This document shows, in pieces, positions 9,501 through 19,158 of a DNA stretch of 64,000 bases. The notes under the pieces are model-generated. The model saw nothing but the letters and a program-made list of their open reading frames with translations, ran no database searches and had not been told where the DNA came from. The DNA is from Ostrea edulis (lineage: Eukaryota). The stretch covers positions 61,876,001 through 61,940,000 of the forward strand of contig NC_079166.1 in the NCBI RefSeq assembly GCF_947568905.1, read 5' to 3'. Within the stretch, counting starts at the first letter, position 1; each line of letters opens with the position of its first letter. A program made the position numbers and the translations under genes.

Positions 9501-10547
9501 GTGAGTGTAGCCAACATCGCAATAATCGCAATAGTATTTGTTTTCCGTCACTCCAGGCATAGACACAATGGCATCGTAATGCTCGTTATCCAGCAGGATA
9601 TTCAAACAAGTCCCGTGCCCCGGTCCTTTGTAAATAGGTTCCAGTCGTAAACGAGTTGTATTCGTTTTGAATTGAAATATTTTCAATCGATACTGTGGGG
9701 CGAGCGCGTGCTGTAATTGCTCCCATTCACGCGGCCCACACGGGTGGTTCATAACACACCCAGCTTGTTCCATCAAGGCTATCGCTTCTCGTTTCTGGTC
9801 GAGCGTTTTGAAATCCCCTTTTCTCATGCGTAACCATTTCGTTTCCCATGCCGGGTCGTTTGATTTCTGGCTGTGTAGACGTGCTACCACAATAGCCCGG
9901 GACAAGCAGAGAGAATCCTCAGGATTTTGAATGCGAACGATCGCTCTCTTGGAGTTTTTGAATTTTTCCTTTTCCACATGCAGATGTTTTTTCTTAGTGC
10001 ACCCGCTGCCTTGTGGATATTTGACATGGAAAAAATCCATCTGCACTGACCCGTCGGTGATTAGGAATTCCTTTTTAGATTGCTGGACGGATTCTATTTT
10101 GTTCAGAATTTTGTCCTCGTTGAGTTGATTGGACTGCGTAAATTCGTACCAAATAGCTGAATCCAGAGACGGGTGCCGAATATTTAAACGTAGATAATCA
10201 TTGGGATTGCACTGCATTTCCTGTTTCACATTTTTTAACATATCCCGGAAGAGCCGACGAATGAAGGCTGTATTTTCTTTCTCTGGAATAGGTTTGAAGG
10301 CAACATTGTAGACATTTTCCTTGACTTTAAATTTCCGTGATTGACGTCCTCGTTCCAGTTGAATTTTGTAATAATCCGAAATGAGTTTCTTTTTCCCCCC
10401 TCCCCGCTGTAAATACTGTAGTCGCCGTTGATTCTCTCTGCGGAGTTGTAATTCACGCTGCCGTTGTCTGTTCAGCTGATCATTCAAAATTCTCAATCGC
10501 TGTTCAATATAACTCCGTGGAAGTCCACTAGGTAACTTGTCTGACAT
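6585..10547 (-). CDS. polB: Protein-primed family B DNA polymerase (1320 aa) with N-terminal OTU-like/zinc-finger region and inserted Vsr-like nuclease domain
   Basis: Exonuclease motifs YYDFE, HNFKGYDGQF and YCISDV. Polymerase motifs YVDVCSLYP, KLFLNCLWGKF, LYFDTDS and PKNY. Vsr-like VDGYD...YEFYGCYWHGC. Confidence 0.97.
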   Translation of the reverse strand: MSDKLPSGLPRSYIEQRLRILNDQLNRQRQRELQLRRENQRRLQYLQRGGGKKKLISDYYKIQLERGRQSRKFKVKENVYNVAFKPIPEKENTAFIRRLFRDMLKNVKQEMQCNPNDYLRLNIRHPSLDSAIWYEFTQSNQLNEDKILNKIESVQQSKKEFLITDGSVQMDFFHVKYPQGSGCTKKKHLHVEKEKFKNSKRAIVRIQNPEDSLCLSRAIVVARLHSQKSNDPAWETKWLRMRKGDFKTLDQKREAIALMEQAGCVMNHPCGPREWEQLQHALAPQYRLKIFQFKTNTTRLRLEPIYKGPGHGTCLNILLDNEHYDAIVSMPGVTENKYYCDYCDVGYTHIEDHRTVCPHRCSFCLADTPCTPDGTQTNCPHCKGFFRNAACYQNHLKPYSSNTMTTVCSLMGRCNQCQKWMSKKLLKRHACGGQTECRICRKVVTMPHHCFVQTKPKPKKEKEEEEELKIYIYYDFECSQENGIHIPNLCVAERVCQHCDSVDIDKPCSHCEGFGSQRRFLFQGPDTLKQFMEWLLQSETDEQGHVELKHDEATIIAHNFKGYDGQFILNYLVHTACIKPTVILNGSKILSMQVLGLRFIDSYNFLPFALAKMPSAFGLTELKKGYFPHFFNTTENQQYVGPYPAAHFYNPDDMSTANREAFYTWYHQQEGKVFDFQKEFLAYCISDVDILRRCCAHFKSTLFDLVEVDPFQESITFASTANLAYRRGFMVENTIAIIPNMGYRPARRYSAKACRWFAWLEHQHHCIRHARNGGEVTLGPYTVDGYDEESRIVYEFYGCYWHGCPTCFPNLLTDMHPHRVQHTYQDLYLDTLKRASALEDQGYTVVSIWEHEFDRQTQTNADLQEFLQGVDIQDPLNPRDALYGGRTNATRLYCEEGDMRYVDVCSLYPYVLKYKPFPVQHPQVITSHFTDVRDYFGLIRCRVLPPRELYHPVLPYKTGGKLLFPLCRTCAEQRNLGPDERCQHTDSERSLTGTWVTTELHKALDLGYRLDRIYEVWHFEKTSDHLFRAYINTFLKIKQEASGFPEDCQTAQQQQHYIEEIQQREGIAMNPADIQKNPVRRTIAKLFLNCLWGKFAQRLQLPKSLYLTEEEELQQKLQDATLEVKGIELLENRERPECDMMLINYQEKEEFLEDCPFGNVVLACFTTAHARLHLYETLQPLGERVLYFDTDSIIYQHDDTQFNPTIINSLGGWTDELGGDRIIKYMSGGPKNYAYETQGGKSVCKVKGLTLNYRASRVVSLDTLEKMLKGEEEEVHVRYPHFIQRTRQHDVRTIPLVKKYRMVYDKRHRIHDYDTLPYGY

Positions 10548-10610
10548 GATATCGAAAGTGATAACGCGAATTGTGTATTGCGTTTATATACTTATTGTGA
10601 CGTCATAGAA
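10535..10610 (-). promoter_or_regulatory. Putative polB promoter: CRE/ATF palindrome plus TATA box
   Basis: TGACGTCA at 10598-10605. GTATATAAA (minus) at 10583-10591, 36-44 nt upstream of the ATG at 10547. Confidence 0.55.
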
Positions 10611-10799
10611 AAGCAGGTTTTTTCACAACGTCAATAACACTCTAAATTAATTAAATTGTTCTTTAATAAACATGTCAACTTAAAACCTTGTGTTATTCTT
10701 TTAGATTTAATACACAGGATTTCACAGGATTTCACTGGATTTTATACCGATTTTCAGAAAAATAGCAGGAACTCATTCCAGGAACTCAAAGCGAAAGTA

Positions 10800-10989
10800 C
10801 CGCATCATAGACCACCGGCCATAGCCCCAGTCTATTCACCCGCTCTACAACCCCTGCTGGGGTTGACCCCGTCCTAGTGCACTCCGTTGACCCCGACACC
10901 GCTTGACCAATCAAAAACGCCCTTACTTCACCTCATTTGCATAAAAAGTGCACTCAGTTGAACTCCCTATCGGGAGGCCTTATACTACT
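10800..10989. promoter_or_regulatory. Right terminal (inverted repeat/origin) region of the Maverick
   Basis: Terminal ACTACT, hairpin CTCCC-TATC-GGGAG (10963-10976), perfect octamer ATTTGCAT (10935-10942), CCAAT (10907-10911), GTTGACCCCG twice (10862, 10886). The partner TIR is outside the window, so the extent is unverified. Confidence 0.6.
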
Positions 10990-12211
10990 ATTATCCATTA
11001 ACACAGAACATGACGACACAGAGAAGTCACCAGAGGCTGTATCGTCTCCTCCAGTCAAATCAATGACGTCACCAGAAGCTGTGTCGTCTCCTCCAGTCAA
11101 ACCAATGACGTCATCAGAAGCTGTATCGTCTCCTCCAGTCAAATCAATGACGTCATCAGAAGCTGTATCGTCTCCTCCAGTCAAACGAATGAAGTTACCA
11201 GAAGCTGTATCGTCTCCGCCAGTCAAACCAATGAAGTCACCAGAAGCTGTATCGTCTCCTCCAGTCAAACGAATGAAGTTACCAGAAGCTGTATCGTCTC
11301 CTCCAGTCAAATCAATGACGTCACCAGAAGCTGTGTCGTCTCCTCCAGTCAAACCAATGAAGTCACCAGAAGCTATATCGTCTCCTCCAGTCAAACCACT
11401 GCTTGATGAACCGCGACTCACCGCCACCATAGACACTGGGTATGAATACGGATTATACAGTGTTAGTTGTCTCAGTGACGAACACTTCTGGACATGTGGG
11501 GAGAACGAAATCATGAAGCTCCTTAACCTGCAGGGTAAACTACTGACATCAATACAAACCGAGTCAGGGGACAGACCACAAGACATCGCAGTGACACGGA
11601 ACGGAGATCTTGTTTATGCTGAGGATGATATTAAAACTGTAAGCCTAATGAAGAATGAACAGATACAGACCGTGATCACACTACAGGGGTGGACACCTAT
11701 CAATGTCTGCAGTACCGCCTCTGATGATCTCCTGGTTTCCATGAACAGTGATGATTACAAACAATGCAAAGTTGTGCGTTACTCTGACTTCACAGAGACA
11801 TAGACCATTCAGTTTGATGATGAAGGTCGACCTCTCTATTCATCTGATCATAACTATAAATATAGCAGTGAGAACAGGAACCTGGATATCTGTGTGGCTG
11901 ACTTTGGAGCTCATGCAGTAGTGGTGGTGAATCAGTCAGGAAAACTCCGATTTAGATACAGCGGGCATCCCTCTGATACCAAAAAATTATCATTTGATCC
12001 AATCGGCATCACTACAGACAACCAGAGTCACATCCTCACAGCAGACTATAACAATGACTGTATCCACATCCTAGATCAGGACGGGCAGTTCCTCCGTTAC
12101 ATTCAAAACTGTTATTTAGACAGCCCATTAGGTTTATGTGTGGACATCAGAGACAACCTCTTTGTAACTGAGTTAAACACTAATAAAGTGAAGAAAATCC
12201 AGTATCTATAA
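10990..12211 (+). pseudogene. 3' part of a TRIM2/3-like (B-box/NHL) gene, interrupted by the Maverick and carrying a premature stop
   Basis: One continuous frame LSINTEH...[15 protein letters not shown]...NHL repeats...KVKKIQYL. Track ORFs 10937-11803 and 11894-12211 are in the same frame, separated only by TAG at 11801-11803 (ACA TAG ACC ATT CAG TTT). Confidence 0.88.
11027..11397 (+). repeat. Coding 42-bp tandem repeat, 9 copies ([14 protein letters not shown])
   Basis: Nine SSPPVK units counted in the translation. Confidence 0.95.
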
Positions 12212-12330
12212 ACAAAACTTGTTAATTACACATCTAAACACAATGTTAATTACAAACATAACATAATGCTATTTATTGCTGCATGTTAATTACACCTGCT
12301 TGTTAATTTCAGTTCTTTGTTAATACTATA

Positions 12331-12581
12331 GGTTAGAGCGATCGTCCCGCATGCGGAAGGCCGGGGTTCGAATCCCGGCCGCGACAGACATAAGTCGTTA
12401 AAACAGGTAGTGACAGTTCCATCGCCAAACGCTCGGCATCAGGTGCGAATGTCACGGGTCCTCCTCGATGACCTAATTAAAAACGGATGTCCCGTGTTAG
12501 AGTACGTGTGGCACGCTAAAGAACCCTCACTGCTCAATGGCCATAAGCGCCGAGCATAGGCCTAAATTTGAAGTCCTTCAT

Positions 12582-12616
<35 letters not shown>

Positions 12617-12650
12617 AGGGACGTTAAACAACATACAATCATCAATCAAT
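12331..12650 (+). mobile_element. tRNA-derived SINE, 5' slightly truncated
   Basis: B-box GGTTCGAATCC at 12365-12375, ~320-bp body, CAAT-type tail. A diverged copy lies at ~40950-41150 on the minus strand. Confidence 0.8.
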
Positions 12651-13377
12651 TAATTACAGCCCTGTGTTTGTGATGCCGTGTAATTAACATGTACTTGTTT
12701 TTTGTGCTTAAAGAACACTAGTCTCTCACTGCCGTTTAGTATTTCTGTCTGACAATATTATATGTATTATTATTATAATATATCCAGTGAAACTTGATTG
12801 ATCTTAGTACATATATATTAATTACTAATTTGACTTTGTCACTAATTGTTCATCTATCTCTATAGACTCTTTTCAACACATGTAAATCACTGATTAGAAT
12901 TCAATAAAAATCAGTTAATATGATGTACTTGTTTTTGTGGGATGAACTACTAATTAAACATTATTCTGATTGTTGATTATATAATTTATATTTTATAGAT
13001 AAACATGATTTAGATTTCAGTCTTACATTTTTACTAAGTACTTGCTTATGAATATATTGTACTGAGAGTGACCCCAAACGTCCAGTCTTCAAATCCAAGG
13101 TCACAGTCTTCCGTTTACTATCAATAATCACTGGGGTCAATGTGCTATCCATAATTGCACTTACGGACATCTAAAGGTGGATGACGATGACTCGGGTAAA
13201 AAATATCATCGATTCCGTAATGCTTGGGAGATATTTCTCCGTTTTTCGTGTTTTATTTAACGTATTACCATGTATAGAACTTATATATATATGGAGGCTT
13301 CCTCATAGTTTAATCTGTATAAGAAGAAATCATGCCAAAAAAAACCCCGGGGTGATGTGGATAACATCACAACACAT

Positions 13378-13800
13378 CTAAATCTCCCCAGTCCTTCAAT
13401 ATCATCACAAATGTCCCCAGTCCTTCAATATCATCACAAATCTCCCCAGTCCTTCAATATCATCACAAATCTCCCCAGTCCTTCAATATCATCACAAATC
13501 TCCCCAGTCCTTCAATATCATCACAAATCTCCACAGTCCTTCAAATTCATCACAAATCTCCCCACTCCTTCAAAATCATCACAAATCTCCACAGTCCTTC
13601 AAAATCATCACAAATCCCCACAGTCATTCAAAATCATCACAAATCTCTCCATTCCTTCAAAATCATCACAGACAAATCCCCTCACTCCTTGAAAATCATC
13701 ACAACTCTCCACACTCCTTGAAAATCAACACAAATCTCCTCAGCCCTTCAAAATCATCACAAATCTCCCCAGCTCTTCAAAATCAGTACAAATCTCCCTA
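13378..13800. repeat. 29-bp minisatellite (aaatctccccagtccttcaatatcatcac), ~14 copies
   Basis: Directly visible tandem array, degenerating rightwards. Confidence 0.92.
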
Positions 13801-14659
13801 GTCCAGAGAAATTTGATGTGGATGAAAAGTGGAGGATATGTACAACAATATTTTAATATTGAAAATTTTCAAATCTACTTTATTTAGTCAAAAATGCAGT
13901 TTTAGTAGAAAGCAATCTGAAAAAAATTCAAAGCTCCTGCTGGACCCGAACCAGCGATCTACAGCTTAGAGATCGACATACTTACTAAGCTACTCAGTTA
14001 AGCAGTTTATTTTGAAAGGAAGAGACTAATATTGCTGAAATTTATATTTTCATTCATGTTTATACAGGAAGTCAGCCATTATAACGATGTAGAGTACCTC
14101 CTCCATCTGCAACCTTCTCCAGGTAGTGCAGATTCAAGTTTGCGATAAATTAGCAATATATACAAGGATACTGTACAAATGTATGTGGAGATACTATGTA
14201 TCAGTAATTTCATAAAACAGACTATAGGAACTCTTCAATTTCAGGAGATGACATTGTGCCATGGAAGTCATCACTTGAACTGAAAATTTAGTGACTTTTT
14301 ATTTTGGGATTTTCATACCTACATGTAAAGCAATGCAAACTCAATAGTGATCATAGAGAATTAGTTTAACAGGCAACTAACTAATTATATGATGCGAACA
14401 ACAGTGTCACCTAAGTGCACATTAATTGCTAGAACCGGCCGAAGTTGAAAGTAAATTTCCAGACATGAATCATGAAGAACTGCTCCGAGATTCGATGATG
14501 ACGTCAGTCCAAATTTTCAGCCGAGATTAGTACAAAATATCCCCTCGAATCCAGAGGCACTCGACGTTTTAAATATTGTCTTCCTGTAAACAAACTATTC
14601 ACAAAGAATATCACGCCGCCAATCTTTGTTGTTGTTTTTTTTTTTACCAGCTGCATCAC

Positions 14660-15308
14660 TAGTCTCGTGCAACCAAACGCTCTGCTTTCTCCGTAAATAT
14701 CCGACGAGCAGAGAGCGCGATAATTACCGCTAGGGAGCAATCTAATCAAAATCAGACTTCTTAGATCCGCGCCGTATATATGCGTAACTATAGCGATTGT
14801 GAGCGTATCCTAGAATCTGATTTTAATTAAATTGCGCTAGGGAGCGCTAATTTAGTTTCGGTTTGATTGTCTATGACATAAATAGTCCATTCCGAAATTT
14901 GATGCTGATTAGTTGATTCATCATTAGTGATACTAATTGGAAAATCATTACTACACGTACAAATGTACAATAGAAAGAAAAATCACGGTCTTTGTCAGCT
15001 GGAAATTGTACTTTCATTTTTACCTCCTAAAGTAATTTTGAAAAAAACAAAAACGGTTTTACCATTTCCCTTGGGTAGAACAGCAAATAAATCCTTTCCT
15101 TTCACAAAAGTTTTTATAAACACTCTAGCTGTAAATCCTTAAACTTCAACGGCAATTTCAATTTATGACAAAATTCTTCGGTAGTCGTGATTTTGGAGGT
15201 GTATTGAATCAACCAATCAAATTAAATACCGATATTTTGGTAAGCCTCGTTCTGACGTTACAAACGGAGATTTGCGGAGACAGCCAAGTGTCTGGTTGAA
15301 CGAGACTA
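14660..15308. mobile_element. Non-autonomous Academ(H)-like DNA transposon
   Basis: TIRs TAGTCTCGTGCAACCA / TGGTTGAACGAGACTA. Perfect 9-bp TSD CTGCATCAC (14651-14659, 15309-15317). Confidence 0.82.
14738..14834. mobile_element. 97-bp hairpin MITE nested in the Academ-like element
   Basis: CAATCTAATCAAAATCAG...CTGATTTTAATTAAATTG flanked by the 10-bp direct repeat CGCTAGGGAG. Confidence 0.8.
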
Positions 15309-15363
15309 CTGCATCACTTGCAATTTCGGCGAAAGGTTGGATATAATTTGCCCCACCCCTTAA

Positions 15364-16920
15364 AGGACACATCGCATGTTTTTAAACTTTTTAATTTTTT
15401 CAGCAAAATTAATTCATTTCATGCCTAAAACTACTTTACATGTGTTTTAAATGAAACAGTTTGCGTAGTTTTCGAGTTTGAAAGCGATGAAATTCAAATC
15501 TTGCGATATGCATATTTTCTTCGATATTTTACGCGCCATTATCTGTGACGTCATAAGCGACCTCGAGCGAGAAGATTTGAAAACAGTTGATAGTCATTTC
15601 ATAAACAGATTAGATTTAATTGACAAGCAAACAATTATCACATTAACAGCTTGTAAATAACACTGCATTAGGGTGTTTTGTGCCGTTTAAGGGTGTACTT
15701 GCTGTCAGTAGAGAAGATTTGGACTGTTTTTTTCAATTTTCGAAGGAAGGTATGAGGGACAGGACGTGAATATTTTTTGTCGGCACAACGACTTTGCCAT
15801 AAAAACCCCCAGTAGAATTTGTCCCTGTACTTTTTTAAACAAGCACTTGGACAAATACGTAGATAAACTGCGAGAAAATGGTTCTATCGAAGCTACGCAC
15901 TGTTACATATAGGCCTACGGCATATGCTTTCCGTTCTGCTCTCGAATTCAATACACACTCGCACCAACTGACCTTCACCTTGTAACAACATATAGGCAGA
16001 ACTTTGCTAACAGTGTCTACCAACTGGTAGTTTTAAAAAAGAGATTTAAAGATAAAAGATAATTGAACTTTCAATTTTAAATAATAAAATATAATATTCC
16101 CCGACTTTGAATTGAATTATAATGCTTACATTTTTTTTAAGGAACGCGTACGTGTTTACAACAACAGCACGCCGCGCTCCCACTTCCTAAGTAACAACGT
16201 GTTGATAACAAAAAAAAAATGATTAGGCCTAATAAAATTGCTTTAATAAAATAATTTAAAAGTATTGTGATTTTCACAATAAGTTTGATCATTATTATTA
16301 TTTTTTCTTTTTCGAAATGCACCCGTGACAGTCAGGCCTAGTTGTCATTGATACATAATCGTATCATAATTTAGGTCTATCTAACTTCTCCAAAAATAAA
16401 TTTAATAATATATTGCACTGTTTATTTTAGAAAAGCAACACCACTAATTACAGTTGTTTACAGAAATGGCATTACCAAATTGTGTTTAGACAGTGATCCC
16501 ATGTAAACATTATTTACTCGCAAATTTATGCAGATTTCATACTCGCTTTCCTTGCTATATTTGGGTCGCTATTTGTATGCACTGGTGGCTAAAAGATATA
16601 AGACTCGGGAAATTTGTCAACATCGAAATGAATGTTATCCATGGTAAATAAATTAGGCCCCTAAAACCCGAGTTTTTAAAAATATCTAACACTACTTTTA
16701 CAACAAGTTGATCGACGAAGGTCGCATATGACGTCACTGTACCACGTGACTACCTATCTAATTAACTAGGCTTTTTGAAATTGGGGCTTAGATTTAAGTC
16801 CGTATTGTGGCTAATTATCGCATTACTTCAGCGAACGAACTATTACAATTAATTTCTATAAGCATAAGGAAGACAAAATGCATATAATTCTGTATACTTT
16901 GAAAACACGAGATGTGTCCT
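15364..16920. mobile_element. Non-autonomous Kolobok-like DNA transposon
   Basis: TTAA on both sides (15360-15363, 16921-16924). TIR AGGACACATC(G/T)C...GATGTGTCCT and inverted subterminal TGACGTCATAAGCGACC-like motifs. Confidence 0.82.
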
Positions 16921-17357
16921 TTAACCGATTTTTCGCATAGATGATGTTAAATGGACTTTATTTCCAGTTCATCATGACGATGTGAGAGGTAAGACCTTGA
17001 CAGAGTTGCTTCTAAACGGAAGGGATCTAATTATCATATTATATCGAACTTTTCGCCGAAAATTGCAAGTGATGCATGCACTTGGTAATAAAGAAAACCC
17101 AAGATGGCGGCGTGTCATACCTTGTGAATAATTTGTTAGTAGGATGACCCCCTTTTTTAAGTAAGGCGTGTGCCTGTGCTCGAATCTTAAATAACCTTGA
17201 TTTTGGTCATATGACCTTGATGAGTTATTGCATACAATTTGGCAAGAACAACGCCTGCCTTTATTAAAGTTTTCCCGCCTTTCGCAGAATTGCGGGAAAA
17301 CATTGTATTATAGATGCGTGTTCGAATGTATCGGCGTAGTGATACGCAGGGTGGTCA

Positions 17358-17780
17358 TAGGACGACCAATCAGATAGCTTTATTGAGGACGACCAATCAG
17401 ATAGCTTTACTGAGGACGACCAATCAGATAGCTTTACTGAGGACGGCGTGTAAAACGGTGCAATATATTATACAAATCTTAGTTTATATCCGATAATCTT
17501 GTTATTCACATGCGAAAATCTTGCTTTGTATTACATGTAGATAATCTTGGTATTTATATGCGAAGAGTTTGATATATATTCAAAAGTCTTGATGTTGATA
17601 TGCGAACATTTTGATTTATATTCGATGATCTTAATATTTATGTGCGAAAATTTGATTTACATGTATAAGCAATAAATCTTGATTTGTATTCGATAATCTT
17701 GATAATTATATGCGAAAATTTTGATTTATAATTATTGAATATAAATATCAAGATTATCGAATATAAATCAAGATTTATCT
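17358..17780. repeat. 27-bp triple repeat (ggacgaccaatcagatagcttta) followed by a degenerate ~20-bp AT-rich array
   Basis: Visible tandem units at 17358-17445 and atcttgatttatatgcgaaa-like units to ~17780. Confidence 0.7.
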
Positions 17781-17792
17781 AATATGAAATAT

Positions 17793-18958
17793 CAGTGCTC
17801 CCACTGGACCAGAATTCCCTTTCGCCACTTTTTCGGGGAGTGGCGCGGCACAAATAATCACATGCTTTACAATTATTTCCATCATATTATATATTATTTT
17901 ATTCATTACACTTATTTTAGCATTTTGAATCAGTTACATTACTTAATCATATCCAGCTACCATACCTAAACATTTCTTTCTGAAATAATAAGAAGTTGAT
18001 TTGTTTGATAAATTCTATTATGGAAATCAAAATTCAGATAATAAATCACATAAATATAAACTTCATGATGCTACACCCCTCAGTGAAAACATTGTGTATA
18101 TTGGCCGAAATGCAGATGTCACAAAACATTAAGCCCAATTTAGAGTCGTATCTCAACCATTCCCTATTAAATTTCCGTTTTTGTATGGAAGATTTTGCAA
18201 TTTGGACAGAATCAGATGTTTGAGGAGGTGGGGTTGACTGTAAAGCCAAACATAGATATTTTTTTAATTTTAGACTGACTAGGGTCAGAAGCTACAAGTT
18301 TAGTGTCAAAATAGAATGGGGTGCATAGTCTTATGAGATTAGCATTTTTATACTGTTGCACACCAAACTTCAAAGAAAATTATTTATTAAAATTGCTATG
18401 TCTATATCAATGGTGACCGACCGCATTGTTTATGAAATATTTGAACTAAAATCAAACACATCAAAATCAAAATCTTGTAATCAACGAGTTTGGCCGCAAA
18501 AACAAACAATTGATGTACATGTATTCAGATATACATTATACACAATAATACGGCCAATTTAATTACCGGTCGGTTCTCTGGTTAAGAATTGACATTAATG
18601 TGGAGATGATAACATGATAATGAATAAGACTTTAAATGTTAAACAATTGACCACAGCAAGGTAAACAGCTGTCCGATGTACTTTATTACATAATCACCGA
18701 CTTTTTTGCAGCCATAAATTACCGGAGGCTGTGACCAGCTCTGTGTGCACTGGAGCGATGCGAGATTTCCGGTCGCACGCGTTGACTGAATAAACAGATT
18801 TTGACTGCATAAACAAACAGGCGATAATGTGTCACTGACAAAGGATTAAAAATACAATTTATTGCAAAAAGGGATTTTCGCCACTTTCAATTTTTTTTCG
18901 CCATTTTTGAAAAAAAATTCGCCATTGGCGAAAATGGCGAAGCCCAGCTCGAGCACTG
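17793..18958 (-). mobile_element. Internally deleted hAT-like DNA transposon
   Basis: TIRs CAGTGCTC...CTGG / CCAG...GAGCACTG, subterminal TTCGCCA repeats, and a remnant TTF-type zinc finger KRKFNREWLRYDSKLGLMFCDIC (18046-18249). No clean TSD. Confidence 0.72.
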
Positions 18959-19114
18959 ATATGAATGCATGTAGCAAGATAATTGAATATAAATACAAAT
19001 TTTCGCATGTATCATTCTTGTTAACAATGTAGATTATTAATATTTGTCGTTTTTTCTTGGTGTGTGATATTTGTTTATGTTTTAAATAATCAACAGTGTC
19101 GTGGCCTTTTCAAT

Positions 19115-19158
<44 letters not shown>

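Larger units (their letters stand above)
1..10989 (-). mobile_element. Maverick/Polinton (polintovirus, adintovirus-like) endogenous element, right arm; continues beyond the window start
   Basis: Co-oriented cluster of pPolB, RVE integrase-chromodomain, A32-like ATPase and minor capsid genes. The terminus reads AGTAGT on the minus strand (ACTACT at 10984-10989), the typical Polinton end, with an abrupt switch to host TRIM coding sequence at 10990. Confidence 0.96.

Noticed and set aside
1824-10456. Plus-strand and short nested ORFs within the Maverick (e.g. 2553-2921, 6160-6444, 7695-7949)
   Set aside because: Antisense shadows of well-supported minus-strand genes, with no motifs.
10937-10989. 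N-terminal part of track ORF 10937-11803
   Set aside because: It starts at a TTG inside the viral terminus (within the octamer). It is a chance in-frame fusion to the host TRIM exon, not a real start.
10954-11586. 210-aa minus-strand ORF with GGDDTASG repeats
   Set aside because: Antisense reading of the 42-bp coding repeat.
12331-12400. Possible tRNA genes here and at 22440-22500, 23240-23310, 36105-36190 and 58380-58430
   Set aside because: Only A/B-box-like heads with no complete cloverleaf. They are embedded in SINE or transposon bodies.
12961-13170. 69-aa minus-strand ORF preceded by an acceptor-like site
   Set aside because: No recognisable domain and no partner exons.
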